A DNA stretch of 64,000 nt from Macrostomum lignano (lineage: Eukaryota), in the NCBI GenBank assembly GCA_002269645.1, contig NIVC01000712.1:434001-498000 (forward strand), written 5' to 3'. The notes under the pieces were generated by a model, which was given only the letters and a program-made list of their open reading frames with translations, made no database searches and was not told the DNA's origin. The position numbers and the translations under genes are program-made. Positions 39,249 through 51,476 of the stretch are shown piece by piece. Every line of letters begins with the position of its first letter. Position 1 is the stretch's first letter.

Positions 39249-39997
39249 AAAGCCCCTTGGTGCTGGCGCCCCTTGGTGCTGGCGCCCCTTGGTGCTGGCG
39301 CCCCTTGGTGCTGGCGCCACTTGGTGCTAAAGCCCCTTGGTGCTAAAGCCCCTTGGTGCTAAAGCCCCTTGGTGCTAAAGCCCCTTGGTGCTAAAGCCCC
39401 TTGGTGCTAAAGCCCCTTGGTGCTAAAGCCCCTTGGTGCTAAAGCCCCTTGGTGCTAAAGCCCCTTGGTGCTAAAGCCCCTTGGTGCTAAAGCCCCTTGG
39501 TGCTAAAGCCCCTTGGTGCTAAAGCCCCTTGGTGCTAAAGCCCCTTGGTGCTAAAGCCCCTTGGTGCTAAAGCCCCTTGGTGCTAAAGCCCCTTGGTGCT
39601 AAAGCCCCTTGGTGCTAAAGCTCCTTGGTGCTAAAGCCCCTTGGTGCTAAAGCCCCTTGGTGCTAAAGCCCCTTGGTGCTAAAGCCCCTTGGTGCTAAAG
39701 CCCCTTGGTGCTAAAGCCCCTTGGTGCTAAAGCCCCTTGGTGCTAAAGCCCCTTGGTGCTAAAGCCCCTTGGTGCTAAAGCCCCTTGGTGCTGGCGCCCC
39801 TTGGTGCTGGCGCCCCTTGGTGCTAAAGCCCCTTGGTGCTAAAGCCCCTTGGTGCTAAAGCCCCTTGGTGCTAAAGCCCCTTGGTGCTAAAGCCCCTTGG
39901 TGCTAAAGCCCCTTGGTGCTAAAGCCCCTTGGTGCTAAAGCCCCTTGGTGCTAAAGCCCCTTGGTGCTAAAGCCCCTTGGTGCTAAAGCCCCTTGGT
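39249..39997. repeat. 16-bp minisatellite (~46 units)
   Basis: Unit AAGCCCCTTGGTGCTA with GGCGCCCCTTGGTGCT variants. Confidence 0.97.
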
Positions 39998-41495
39998 CCT
40001 GGCGCCTCTCATTGCAGTCGTCCCTGAAAGGCACAGCCCCAATAAAAAGCCTAAAAGCTGAAAACCCTGATATGATGAACTCCAAACCAGGTCCGGGAAT
40101 TTTAGAACTTGACGATAAAACATTTCCGTCGAATTCTGACTCCCACCCACTGGGTAGAGATGCAGCTTCAAGACACTTTGTACAAAGAAATGAAGCCCGA
40201 ACACTAACTACATCTAGATTTAATACTCTGTTGTCTAAAGAATAAAAAAGGTTAAATTCGCATCATTCTAATAATCCCGTACAGAAATCCGACACACGTG
40301 ACGCTGCAGGTAAACGCAGTTACTTTTACAATGCAGGGACGTTCAGCCAACGTCGTTATTCGTCGGTGCAATGCGCCCATTTGTCGGATTCTATGGGCAC
40401 TCGGTTATGATCTTTTCATAATGAAATGCATTCAATACATTCAATTATTCTTCCCTGTTATTCTACTTACCTTTATTCTTATTCAACTCAGGGATGACTT
40501 ACAGGCAGTTTTTCGATGCCTACTCATCAAGAATATTCTTGAAAGCAGCTCTCTGCCTACCGTAATCACCGATAATTGAGATATTAGATTGCACAATTCT
40601 TGAATTACTGCGTTTCTGCTGGATTGTTCAAATGACAGGTAAATCAGTTTTTTATTATACGCTCGTAAATTCACACTAATTCAGGTACACTTGCATTAAA
40701 ATCATAAATTTTGCAAAATGTTAAGTATACAACTGCTACGAGTAGATTAGTGCGAAACACTCAGTCTCAATGCACTCGTTTATCAGCCACTACTTATTTA
40801 ATTAACTCAGCTAAAATGCATTCTAAACAGTCTACCATCATTTCACACTTCGCTAACGGTAGTGAATAGATAAAGAGGGGTACAAGACAAAACATTGGTA
40901 AATGTGCTTTAGGGAGCAACTTTGGGAAGCAATGAACACCAAATAATGAAATGTACAGAAATTTTACACAAAATAAACATTACAATGCCCGATGCGAGCG
41001 TACGAGCGTATTTGCAGTGCGTTCCATATTTATACAGCAAAGTTATTATTCTGCAACAAAAGCGGCATATTTACAAAGCAATTAACTGTTATATATAGCA
41101 GCATGTTTCTCACTCAGTGGGCTGTGTTGAAGCTCTTCATTGAACTTCTGAAGACTTTCTTTTTGCTGCTCAGGAGGCAATTGAAAGATTTTACTTTTTA
41201 GTTCACAAGTTAACAGCAGCAGCAACATCCCCAAAATACGGTTTTGTTGGATCTTCCGATGAGAAAGTGAAACTTGATTTCGGCTGATCAGACTCAGCTG
41301 TCATGGATAATTCTGTATCTGTTGCTAGCTCTGTTATTGGCTGATCAAGCCAACAAGATTAGCAGGGCAAAATGCGAGCTAAAAGGCTTTCAAGCTGTTT
41401 TTATGTGTGTGTGTTCTACCCTTGGTCAGGTTGCCAGGGAAAGGTGCTGATTATTGCGTCAATCTGTTTGCATGACGCCTAAGACGCTGCCTCCG

Positions 41496-44400
41496 TTACA
41501 CCAGAGGTTTTCCAGAGTCGGATTGGCAGACCTTATCAAACCCTCCTCCTTTTTCAACCGGGCTTGGGACCGTCTTTGGCGGAGTTACTGCTCTATATTG
41601 AAGGCATGGCCGTCTTCTCATAAAAAGTAGCGTCAAAGTAAAGATAAGTGCTAATAGAGTGGTAGCAAAAGCCCCAAGCAGAACCATGCTCAGCACACTC
41701 ATCCCTTCAGGACTGGGATTTAGTCTGTTCTTAGACTTCGAGTTAGTTCCTTCGGTCTGTTCTTCTTCCGCAGCCGGCTGGGCAGCCGCAAGCATCCAGC
41801 TCAGCACAGGTTGGCTTGAGTTTCCGCATCTGTTTCCGGCCGCATCCGGGAAGCTGATCAGAGCCGGAAGCTGCTCACTGCAGCCCCTAAAGCTCACCCG
41901 CCAAAGTACCTCACCACCAGCTCCCAGATTGACAGCTCTGAGCGAGCCGCAAGAGACAAAGGAGTTCGTAGTTTCGACAGCATGGTACCTGGAATTCAAA
42001 TTTCAGGAGTGTGAAGGTATAAACTAATTAGAGAGCCAATTGCTGTGAATGAAAATCAATTTTTGTCAATAGGTTAAGAAACTCACAGCTTATCAGCATC
42101 CTCAAACTCCATCATTTTGCAGCCAGCTTCTGCCGCGCATTTCAGGTAGAAGACCTTCTTGGTCCTGTGCTCATAGAACAGTCCGATGCGAAGCCTCTGA
42201 GCGAGATTCAGCGGCTCCTTGCTGCGGGTGCTCAGGCCGGAGCCGACGCGAGTTCGCTGGCCTGAAGCCGGTGTTCAAGTGGAGTGAAAATTGTGCAAAA
42301 GTTAAGGTGTGCGGTCTACAACCCAAGGTAAACAGCGATGTTCAGTAAAGGACACTGCGCATGATAAGCTGACAACGAAAGCCATTTCTAAGGTATTTCA
42401 TGCGTGGGAAAAGCATCTCTAGTGCGTACTGCTCCTATTGTGGTTTTTGAAATTGTTGAACAATTGTTGAACCATTGTTAAACATAACGGCTGTGCTGGC
42501 CTTAAAATTGTGCATATTGATCGATAAAACATGAAAACTATAGGTGTAGAATTAAAAGGGTACGATAATTTTATGTTTCAATTTTTTGTTGTGCTGTGTA
42601 AATTGTGCTATTTTAATGGTAGCATGTGTCATATTATTGATGATCAAGCATGCACATTGCAAAAATATGCTCGTTAGGGCATAAGACCTTAACGTGGTTT
42701 ACCTCCGATTCGCCGAAGCCTGATTTGCCGATTCTCAGCTCGCCGAATCCCGAGTCGCCGATCGACTTACTAAGTGACTAACTTAAGTAATACTATCTCT
42801 ACTAATAGCTACGCTCGTATTTAAGAAATAGTAGAGTAAATGATGATAAGCAAAAATATACAAAAAGTTTGAACAAAGAAAGGCTATCTGTTAGCTAGCA
42901 CAGGCCACAGGCATTACCAGAGATTCGGCGAGTCGGGAAATCGGCAAGTCGGTATTTGGCAAATGAGGATTTTTTGCATTTGGAACACCGTGAAGTTTTG
43001 CAACTTTTTGCGATACACGTAAGCTGCCAATGGACCTGGCCCGATTAATTTGGCTTTCATTTTTTAGAGTCTTGGCTTTGAACTAGGTAAACTGGCAAAA
43101 AACGTTTTTTCCAGAGGCAAAACTGAGAATTTTTTAGCTATTGTTCAAATCTGATGCATACACCGCAGTACTTTTGACCACTTGTGAAGGCAAACTTTAG
43201 GCTATGCATGCATTCTTACTTTACGCGTGCAAGACTTAAATTTACCAGCATTCTTGACGCAAAATTTCACTGTACTGTAAAAGTTTGTGATAGACATTAA
43301 GTTGTTTCAATGCATAAGCTGTAATGTAACAGTAAAAATACCTCAGGGAATTTCTCAGGCAAAAATTCTCTGGGAAATGCTCATTTGAACACATTCTCAG
43401 GGACCATCAAATTCAATAGCTGATTTGCAATCCAATAAGGTATTTTACTTCATTTGATTGCAATTTAAATAAGCCTTTATAGTGTCATTAAATATGCTAT
43501 TACTGGGATGGCTTATTTATCAATTTCTGGCATAATAGATTTAGGGAATTTTACTAAACACAGCAGTGCTCAGCCCTGTTGTAAGACATAGTCTTTATTA
43601 AATTTTGTTCGGCTAAGACTAAAGAATCAACAAGGTTCACTCAGCTTACTCTCTGTGACGAAGTTCTGCAGAGCCGCGGAGCTGCTGAAGCTGGCGAGCC
43701 TCATGACTCCGCTGTCAGCGCTCATCGCAGCCAGCTCAGCAGTCAGGTTCCGACGAACCGATCCTGTGGTGTAGCAGTTGCTCTCAAAATTAGTCATGCT
43801 TCTGCCGCAGAATCCCGGCTCCATCAGGCGAATTTGTAGACCGGGGATATTCGCAAAGCTTCTTCGATTCAACCGGAATGAAACAGTCAGGTAGCTCCTA
43901 CAGTTTTTATGTAGAGTGCAGTGGTTGAGTTCAATTACAGAATTATGGATTTCAAAGAATTGGTCCAGCATCAGGCCAGCTCTATCGTACCCTTTCGTCA
44001 GTTGCAGCACGCGCAACATCTCCAGCTCCACGGGCTTTGGCTCGCTTGTTGAAGGCGACGAGCAAGTCGCTGGAAATGCATTGGGGTTCGCATTGCCAGG
44101 GTAAGAATCGAAGTGTTTGACTGGTTTTATCGAGTTCCAGCTGGCAGTCAGCAGCGTGGGTAAAACCCACTGACTGCTTGTTCACAGATGCCATTCGACA
44201 ACTGCTTACTTTAATAATAATAATATAATAATTGATTACACCTGCCCAATGGGCAGATGTGCAACCGACAGCTCAGCCGCAGCTATTGCGCGGCGCGTCT
44301 GAAGTCTGCGTACGGCTGTTCAGTCCAAGGACTGGGGGGTCGACACACACCCTCACTTATCCCAGCTAATGCTGGCACCCATTTTACAGCTGGGTGAACT

Positions 44401-45756
44401 GAAGCAATGCAGAGTAAAGTGTCTTGCTCAAGGACACAAATTGTTCCAGTGGAATCAGGAATCGAAACCCCGACCTTCACGTTGTGCGTCCGACGCTCTA
44501 ACCACTAGGCTACAACCCCTAGACCATTACAACTGCCTTGAGTCAGCTATACTAGGCATTTATGCAAAGGCGTGAAGTTTGATTTCATAATCACTATTAT
44601 TATCAACTCTCTTTTCGTTGGCGACCAGACGGCTAAAATTGATGCTCTAAAGGCCTGCTGTCTTCTTCAACAATTAACATTATTGCACAGCTTATAGAAT
44701 ATTCTCTAATTGTGATCAAAGCGCTGCTTACCGTCCGAAGCCTTCGAGTGCAGTTCGTATCGCATCGGTTGTTGCTGTGCAGCTGAATCCACAGATTTTG
44801 TCCGCCTCCACTCGTTTACGCGAGCCTCCGTGTCAAAGCCAGTCAGAACCACAACGGCATTGTCAAGGTGGTCAGTCAGAATCTTCCATTTGCAGCTGAG
44901 GCCTTCCTCAGGTACAAGGTCCGCGTCAGTTTTAGGAATGATTCGATCTTCAATAAACTCGAGTTTTTTGCTGAGCTGGAACTCATTGGTGTTGCCACGC
45001 GGATAGCAGTACTGGTTGCCTGCCAGAGCTCTAAAGAAAAAAGGGCGGGAAAGTAGATTTATTGTAAATGGACACTCAAAAGTTACTGGAAGGCCCACTT
45101 AAGATTTGGTCTACTAAAAACGTTATTTTCTGAGCTATTATTGGCAAAATGTGTTGTTGATTATATGATTAATTGGCGTTTCGGTCGGTACTTCAGTTAT
45201 TTCTCCCATACCGACCTGTAAAAAGAAAACGTTTTATATTTTAATAATGTATAGAATGTATAGTAATATATTATTATCATTAGCTATGCTCTATACGCAT
45301 GTACGTGTAGAAATGCCATCGATTTTGGGGCAACATTCTAGCGGAATTCAATACGATAAAATGGGTGAGTATCTACTTACCATCCTACTGATAAGTAGAA
45401 AGACAAGAAAATATCGCGTGTAGAACAAGTTCTGTTTATCCAGCTACAGCACTATGATATAATCCAATTAACTTTCGTACATTAATGTACATTGACAGCG
45501 CAAGCCTCGCAAGGACAGGTCCCCAAAGAACAATCCCACAGCGGGCAGCCCCACAAAGGACAGCCCCAATTAGTATGGCGCCCCCAGAGTAGCATCCCAA
45601 AACATTCTGCCTACCTTTAAGCAAATGTTAATCCGCAAAAAAATCCCAGTTGGTTTAATGAATGAAGCGTCGCATCACTCACATTTGAAATGTGGCAGAC
45701 AGCAGCAGAAGAGTCGCCAGGCTTCTGCCCATCACTATCTGCAGATTCAGTCGCAT
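41496..45756 (-). CDS. Type-I membrane protein family copy 3, intact, 486 aa
   Basis: Exons 45756-45683, 45030-44732, 44069-43650, 42261-42087 and 41988-41496 total 1461 nt with the same intron phases. Exon 3 has a 4-codon insertion (LMLD region). Confidence 0.82.
42705..42990. mobile_element. Degenerate foldback/MITE-like insert in intron 3 of copy 3 only
   Basis: Inverted blocks TTGCCGATTCTCAGCTCGCCGAATC and GATTCGGCGAGTCGGGAAATCGGCAA; not seen in the matching intron of copies 1 and 2. No TSD identified. Confidence 0.5.
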
Positions 45757-47344
45757 GTCGGACGCTTCCGGCACCTAAAAATCCCGATGTGAGGTGGACG
45801 CTGCATGCAGGAGATTCTGTGTCCGCTCAGCATTTATAGGTAAAGACGTGAAACTGCCGAACAAGCTGGATATTCGTAGATGCCATCAAAACTTCTTGTA
45901 CACGTACGAGCGTACTTCTAATCACTTCTAATCGCTTAGCAATCCGATTTCTGTTTTAGTACCCGGATGTAGTGACAGTTAACTTGGCTTTTTGTTAACC
46001 CAACCCTGAGACCAAGGAATTTCACATGCAATAAGCGTCTTGATTTGACTTTTTATTTGATTTTAAATATAATATTGCATCTGGTGAGACAGGCTCAGTC
46101 TTTGCTCTGACTTACATGAGCAAAATTACATTCTAGTGACTCTAATGAACCCCTGTAGCTATGATACTACATGCAAAGAAAGTAATCAGGTACGTTGAAT
46201 TCAAAAATAATTTTGCAACAGAAGTACAATACACACAGCCCCTAAGGACTCGAGAACGGGAATGCCTGTTAATCGAACGATGGTAGAAAATTCTGCGGTA
46301 ACAAAAAATATTTTGTTTAACATTCTTAACCATTTTTGCTTCCTTCTATCTGATCTTTCCTTAAACAAATCTCATTTGACAAAAAAGGACTCTTAACATT
46401 GCCATCAAATTATGCTCAAATTTCTTAAAAATTATGGCAACTAAGTGTGCACGAAACTAAACTCACTGTCCATGTGGACTCACACTCACCAAGAGATGTT
46501 GGCCAACTCCAACTTCTTGCAGACTTTATAAGAGAAAATTTAGGAGGGGAGCACCGTGGAAAACCCATGATTTTATAGGCCAAGCCGCGGTAACTCTCAG
46601 GAAGATCCAAGTGAAACCCACGGCTTATCCGCGGTGAATTTTCTCTAAAGCAGTTGGAGTTTGCCCCTCCTTTCAAGTACAACTAAAAGGCAATTCCATG
46701 GCTCTCCCATGGAAATTCAGTCAGTAGAATTGTTTAAATAGGGTTGAATTATAGGAGTGCAGGTGTACGAGCTATGCGTGCGCACAGTTTACGCCTTTAT
46801 CACACTATTGTACGTAGCATGCCAGGAAAGAGAAGCAGAGGACGCACGCTCGATCTGTATCGTGCATGCGCTTTCAGACCAAGCGTGCACTGTTCATTGT
46901 ACGCCGCATAGTCAGTGCTGTACAAAAAAGGACTTCAGTTTACCGAGAACTTGGAGTTCTTTATTTTTTGTTCTTTCTAAAGGTAGTGAAGTAAAAAATT
47001 GCATGCATACAGATCCCACAAATAGTTCGTAAACAATAATAGCCTGCCGTTCAGCTCAAAGCAGTCAACTGCAGGGAATAAAATAAAAATTACAAGCATG
47101 TGACATTGGGTCTGGCGGATGTCCTTATTGTCGAAGTTAAAAGACTAAAATTTTCTTTATGGGTTCTATCGGGGTTCACAAGGTTTTTCAAAATGTATTT
47201 ATGATTTCTTCTTTTAGTTTATTTCAACAACGAGCAGAGCGAGCTAAAAGTACTGAGGTGCAGAAACAGCTTGAGTATTAGTTTCATAGCTCTCATTTAG
47301 TCTTTTTTGGTGGAAAACTTTAGCTAGAACTTTAGGATATGTTC

Positions 47345-47735
47345 CACATTATCTCGATTCTGCATTCCCCAGATTTTAGCTCGTACATTCCCCCAGATTT
47401 TACGTTCCCGCAGCTTTCACATTCCTAAGACTTGCATTTCCCAGATTTCACATTCCTTAAATTTTACATTCCTCCAATTCTACATTTCTTAGATTTCACT
47501 TTCTCCAACTTTTACATTCCACGAATTTTGCACCCCCAGCTTTCACATTTCGCAGATTTTGCTTTTCTCCATGTTTCACATTCCCAGATTTTGCATTCCT
47601 CCATATTTTACATTCCTAAGATTTCAAATTCCTAAGATTTCAAATTCCTATGATTTCAAATTCCTAAGATTTCAAATTCCTAAGATTTTACATTCCAAAG
47701 ATCTTACATTCCCCAAATTATACATTCCCAGATTT
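47345..47735. repeat. Degenerate 15-bp tandem repeat (paralog)
   Basis: TTTCACATTCC...AGA-type units. Confidence 0.8.
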
Positions 47736-47983
47736 CCCGGCGTCTCAAGGAAACAACAAGATACGCTGTCAGAGTCCTTTGACGGTAGCAGCACAAGTCG
47801 CATAGAAAAGCCACGTCGCCGATTGAATCCGGGGCGCCGGCGTCAGACAGCAGGCAGGAGACAAGGCGTGAACCCGCGATACGTGGCCTGCCTGTTTGTG
47901 CCAGCTGGACGCCGCCCTCACTCCATGTACGCAGGCCAAACCCAGAGCTATTTTTAGCAACACATCTGCATGTGCATTGGCCT

Positions 47984-50900
47984 CACAGACCAATAAGTAA
48001 GACTAGACTGCGCATGGAGAGTAAAAAAGTGTGCCTCTTTCCCAGTTATAAAAATGGCACCCACCCAACCCCCCCCTCCGCGGTCGATAGTGGGTAAAGA
48101 ATTTCCCTTCCTAAACCACTCCCACTCGTCTGCTTCTCGGTTCCTACAGGGCACAACAACAACAAAAATATTATCATAGCTTTTTAGACTCGTTTATAAA
48201 TATTTTTCAAGAGATTCTTTCTAAAGACTTTTAATTTAATTAAAGCTTGCCTGTATAAAAACTTGCAGAATCAAAATAATGAGTTCAACTTACCAGGTAT
48301 CCACTAGAATAGGCTAAACTACAGATTAAGAAATACCGCTGTTCGTAGAAGCTTTTGTCTCTTTCCTGATTTTCTTCTGGGACATGAAAGGTCTTTCGCC
48401 ACCTTCTTCATTCGAACCCGCATGTAGAGCAGCGCCATGATGCGAATCAAATGAAGCTTGTGGGATTCAATGCCAATGCTGGCAGCCGCGGAATGCAAGT
48501 CAAGTTCGGGAAATGCATCAACTGACATGCGCAACGTCTCCTGGACAGCCACATCGCTAGAAAATCCGCTGTTATAGTTTGAACGTCGAATGATTTTTTC
48601 GGCATGAAGCAAAACTTGCAAGACATTGTTGCTTGGAAAAATCAACCCCCCAGTCCCTTCTTTATTCAGCACATTTTTCATGGTGACAAGAGAGCAGGGC
48701 AACCGTGCAGCCGCTGACATTTCAGTGCTGGAAATGAGTGCTGATCTGCACGGCGCGCATTCAATTGATTTAAGCATGCTACGGACCACTGCGCCTGCAA
48801 TGTAATACACAATCGACTGGCATACTTCGCATTTTGATGCATTCACACAATGTTGAATGGAATTAAGGCTTAAACCCAAACTGTTCTAAGCACTTATCTG
48901 CTTCCATTGAGGTTTTCCTGCCTCTGTGGAATGTTGATAATGTTGATAATGTTGATTGTGACGAAGGCAGACATGATAATGACAACTGAATAGTGGCATC
49001 CTGTTGCTTAATGTTGGGACTAGTCGATTGGAGAATTCCACCTCCAGCGTGCACTAGTAACTGTCTAAAGGCTGAGCGAAACTGTCTCGGAGTCGGATTG
49101 TGATTCCAGCCGTTTCGAAGTCTGACGGCATTAAAAAATAACTCAAGAAAATCCTGCGACAACTTGTAAGTGCAAAGAAAGAAAAAACCACAACTTGAAA
49201 ACAAATACTTGGCAAGGGCCATAACAGCCTCACAATTCACCATGAAGCCGAGAAAGCCTGTTTTCTTTGCAGTTTCAACAATTTTGCGTCCAGACAGATT
49301 TTCAAGACTTCCGAGAAGCTTAATCGAGTCAGTAAAGAAGTCAATAAAGTCCGACTGGTTGTCAGCTCTTAGAGCCATTTTGGTCCCGTAATTTACTAGT
49401 CGCTTGGAGTTAAAGGCGTCGAACAAGTCATTCATGTGCTCAATAAAATCTGCCGTCACAAGTACATCATGGTGCTCGAATCCGGCCAAAGCTTGCTGAT
49501 GTACCCACCGCAGGGAGTCAGCAACTGACTTACTAAAAAGCTGGGATGCCAAATAGACCTTCATCTTTAAATTGGCAAAGTTGATGTGATGCCTGCTTAG
49601 TTTATTTCCCAGTTTGAGCCCGTGACTCTCCTGAACTTGCTGCAATAGTGAAACATATTTCCAATCAATATTCCCCCTATTCGGCCAAACTATCGGGCCC
49701 ATTGATTGCCACTGATTGCGAATCAGCTTCAACATATGAGGCGGATCGAGGAAGGCAGAAACCTGAATGCTTGGGTCACAAGGATGAGGGAACGTGGCGA
49801 CAATTGAGTCCGGAGAACTAATTTTAGCCCCAAGAAGTTCAATAGCTCGAATGTTGTGCTGCGTTCCATCGCATGTGAACGATGTGGCGACAACGCCAAC
49901 CTGATAAAGCCTCTGAATTGATTCTTCTACAACACTAGACAAAAATTCACCATCCACACCATTTACTAGAAAATAACCCAATGGCAACTTCCAATAGTTC
50001 TTCAGACCCACAGCCATCACTACCAATGCCGACGTCGCCTCCTGATCACTTGCCTTGCCATCTCCTTTGTCAACATAGCCGAAGAACATGCCTTCATTCG
50101 AATTCCATTCAATCAGTGATTCCAATGACATCTCATCGGCCACTACATTGCAGTAGTCAAAGGCAGTGCCATCGTCGGAGCTGCGTCGATGAGAAAGTTC
50201 TTGGAAAGCCTGATCACAAAATCCAGGAAAGCATTTAGCGTTTGAAATCCATCTACGAAGAGACGCAGGGTGCGGAAGCTGAAAATACTTTCTGACATAT
50301 TCATAGGCTTTGGGGCTGTAGAAGTGCAAGGTGGATGCGAATTTTCGCACTTCAGTAGGAAACTTTCTTGTCCGCTTATTGCTTTGAGGCAAAATGCTGC
50401 TAATCAAAGAATTCGAGGTCAAAAAATTCAGGCGCGACGCAGCCGCTTCATTCAGAATGCTCTTTTTCCTCAACTCTCCGATTGCCTCCTTCAGGGTTCT
50501 CGCTCTTCGCTTAATTTGCCTATGCTTTGAGCGCAATGATCGAATTTTGCGGTACTTGTTTCGAAGAGAACGCTGTAAGATTTCAATAGCTTTCGCACCT
50601 TTCTTGGACTTGGCATGAGCCGCTAGAAGCCTATTGTACCTGCGCCTCAGATTTTTCAAAGCTCTTACCTTCGTATTGAAATCTTCCCTGCTTACACAGT
50701 TGGCATGAAGGTCTGGCTGAGGAAGATCGTCATTGTTAGTAATGGCTTCCAAATCAGATTTCGTCTCGCTGCCTACTTGAGGCGCCTGAAAGATTTCAAA
50801 ATCAACTTCTCGAGCAGCCGCGGCTGCTGTGATTGTCTTTCTCTTCTTCTCAGCTGGCTGCAGATGTTCCGGAAACGCAGGAAAGATTGAAGGAACAGCG

Positions 50901-51476
50901 TGCGGATACAGTCTTCTTCTGGCGTTGGGCAAGAAGCCTTCAAACTGCTCCTTGAAACAAGACTCAGAAAAGTGCTCTGAGCAGACTTTTGAACTTTTTG
51001 ACGGTTTGAAGTCTTTTCGCCTCAGTGCTGCGACCCACTTCTTCTTCGTCTCATCGTCCTTGGGAAAGGAATGGAAGGAGACTCCGGAAGTTGAAGCTGC
51101 GCTATTCGTGCAACCAAAAGCACTGCAATAGCTGCCACATTTTCGAGTCTTCGACGGCTTAGAGGAATTAACTTCTTCCATCGCTTGATACAAAGTTGGT
51201 TGAATTAAATCGGTTTGATTCTAGTAGATAGGTAAATTTTGTGTTGTTTTAGCACCGAGAGAATGGCTTATTCGAACGCATATAAAAGGTGGGTTAGAAA
51301 CCATAAGGACCAGTAAAATGCTCTGTACCCACTATCCTGTTCCCCCTCACCTTCACATACTATCGATTTTTTTTTTTCGCGGGAGCAAGGGACCATTTTT
51401 TCCACAGCGTTTTTGTCAAAAAACACGCCAAGGCAGGGAATGGGGCTTGCGCAGTCTAGATACTTCTTGGTCTGTG
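47984..51476 (-). mobile_element. Full-length P-element (THAP9-type) DNA transposon, 3493 bp
   Basis: Imperfect ~29-bp TIRs CACAGACCAA(T/G)AAGTA..CTAGACTGCGCA and an 8-bp TSD ATTGGCCT at 47976-47983 and 51477-51484. It interrupts a module that is contiguous in other array units. Confidence 0.93.
48319..51181 (-). CDS. THAP-domain P-element transposase, with a 1-nt frameshift near 48875
   Basis: THAP C2CH domain (CSAFGC...SFHSFP...W...VCSEHF...AVPSIF) and catalytic motifs ADEMSL, TCDGT, DPPHMLK, MKVYLASQLFS and YKLSQDFLELFF. The C-terminal YYIAGAVVR...CAPC is in the next frame. Confidence 0.9.

Noticed and set aside
49170-51131. Plus-strand ORFs within the P element
   Set aside because: Antisense shadows of the transposase ORF.
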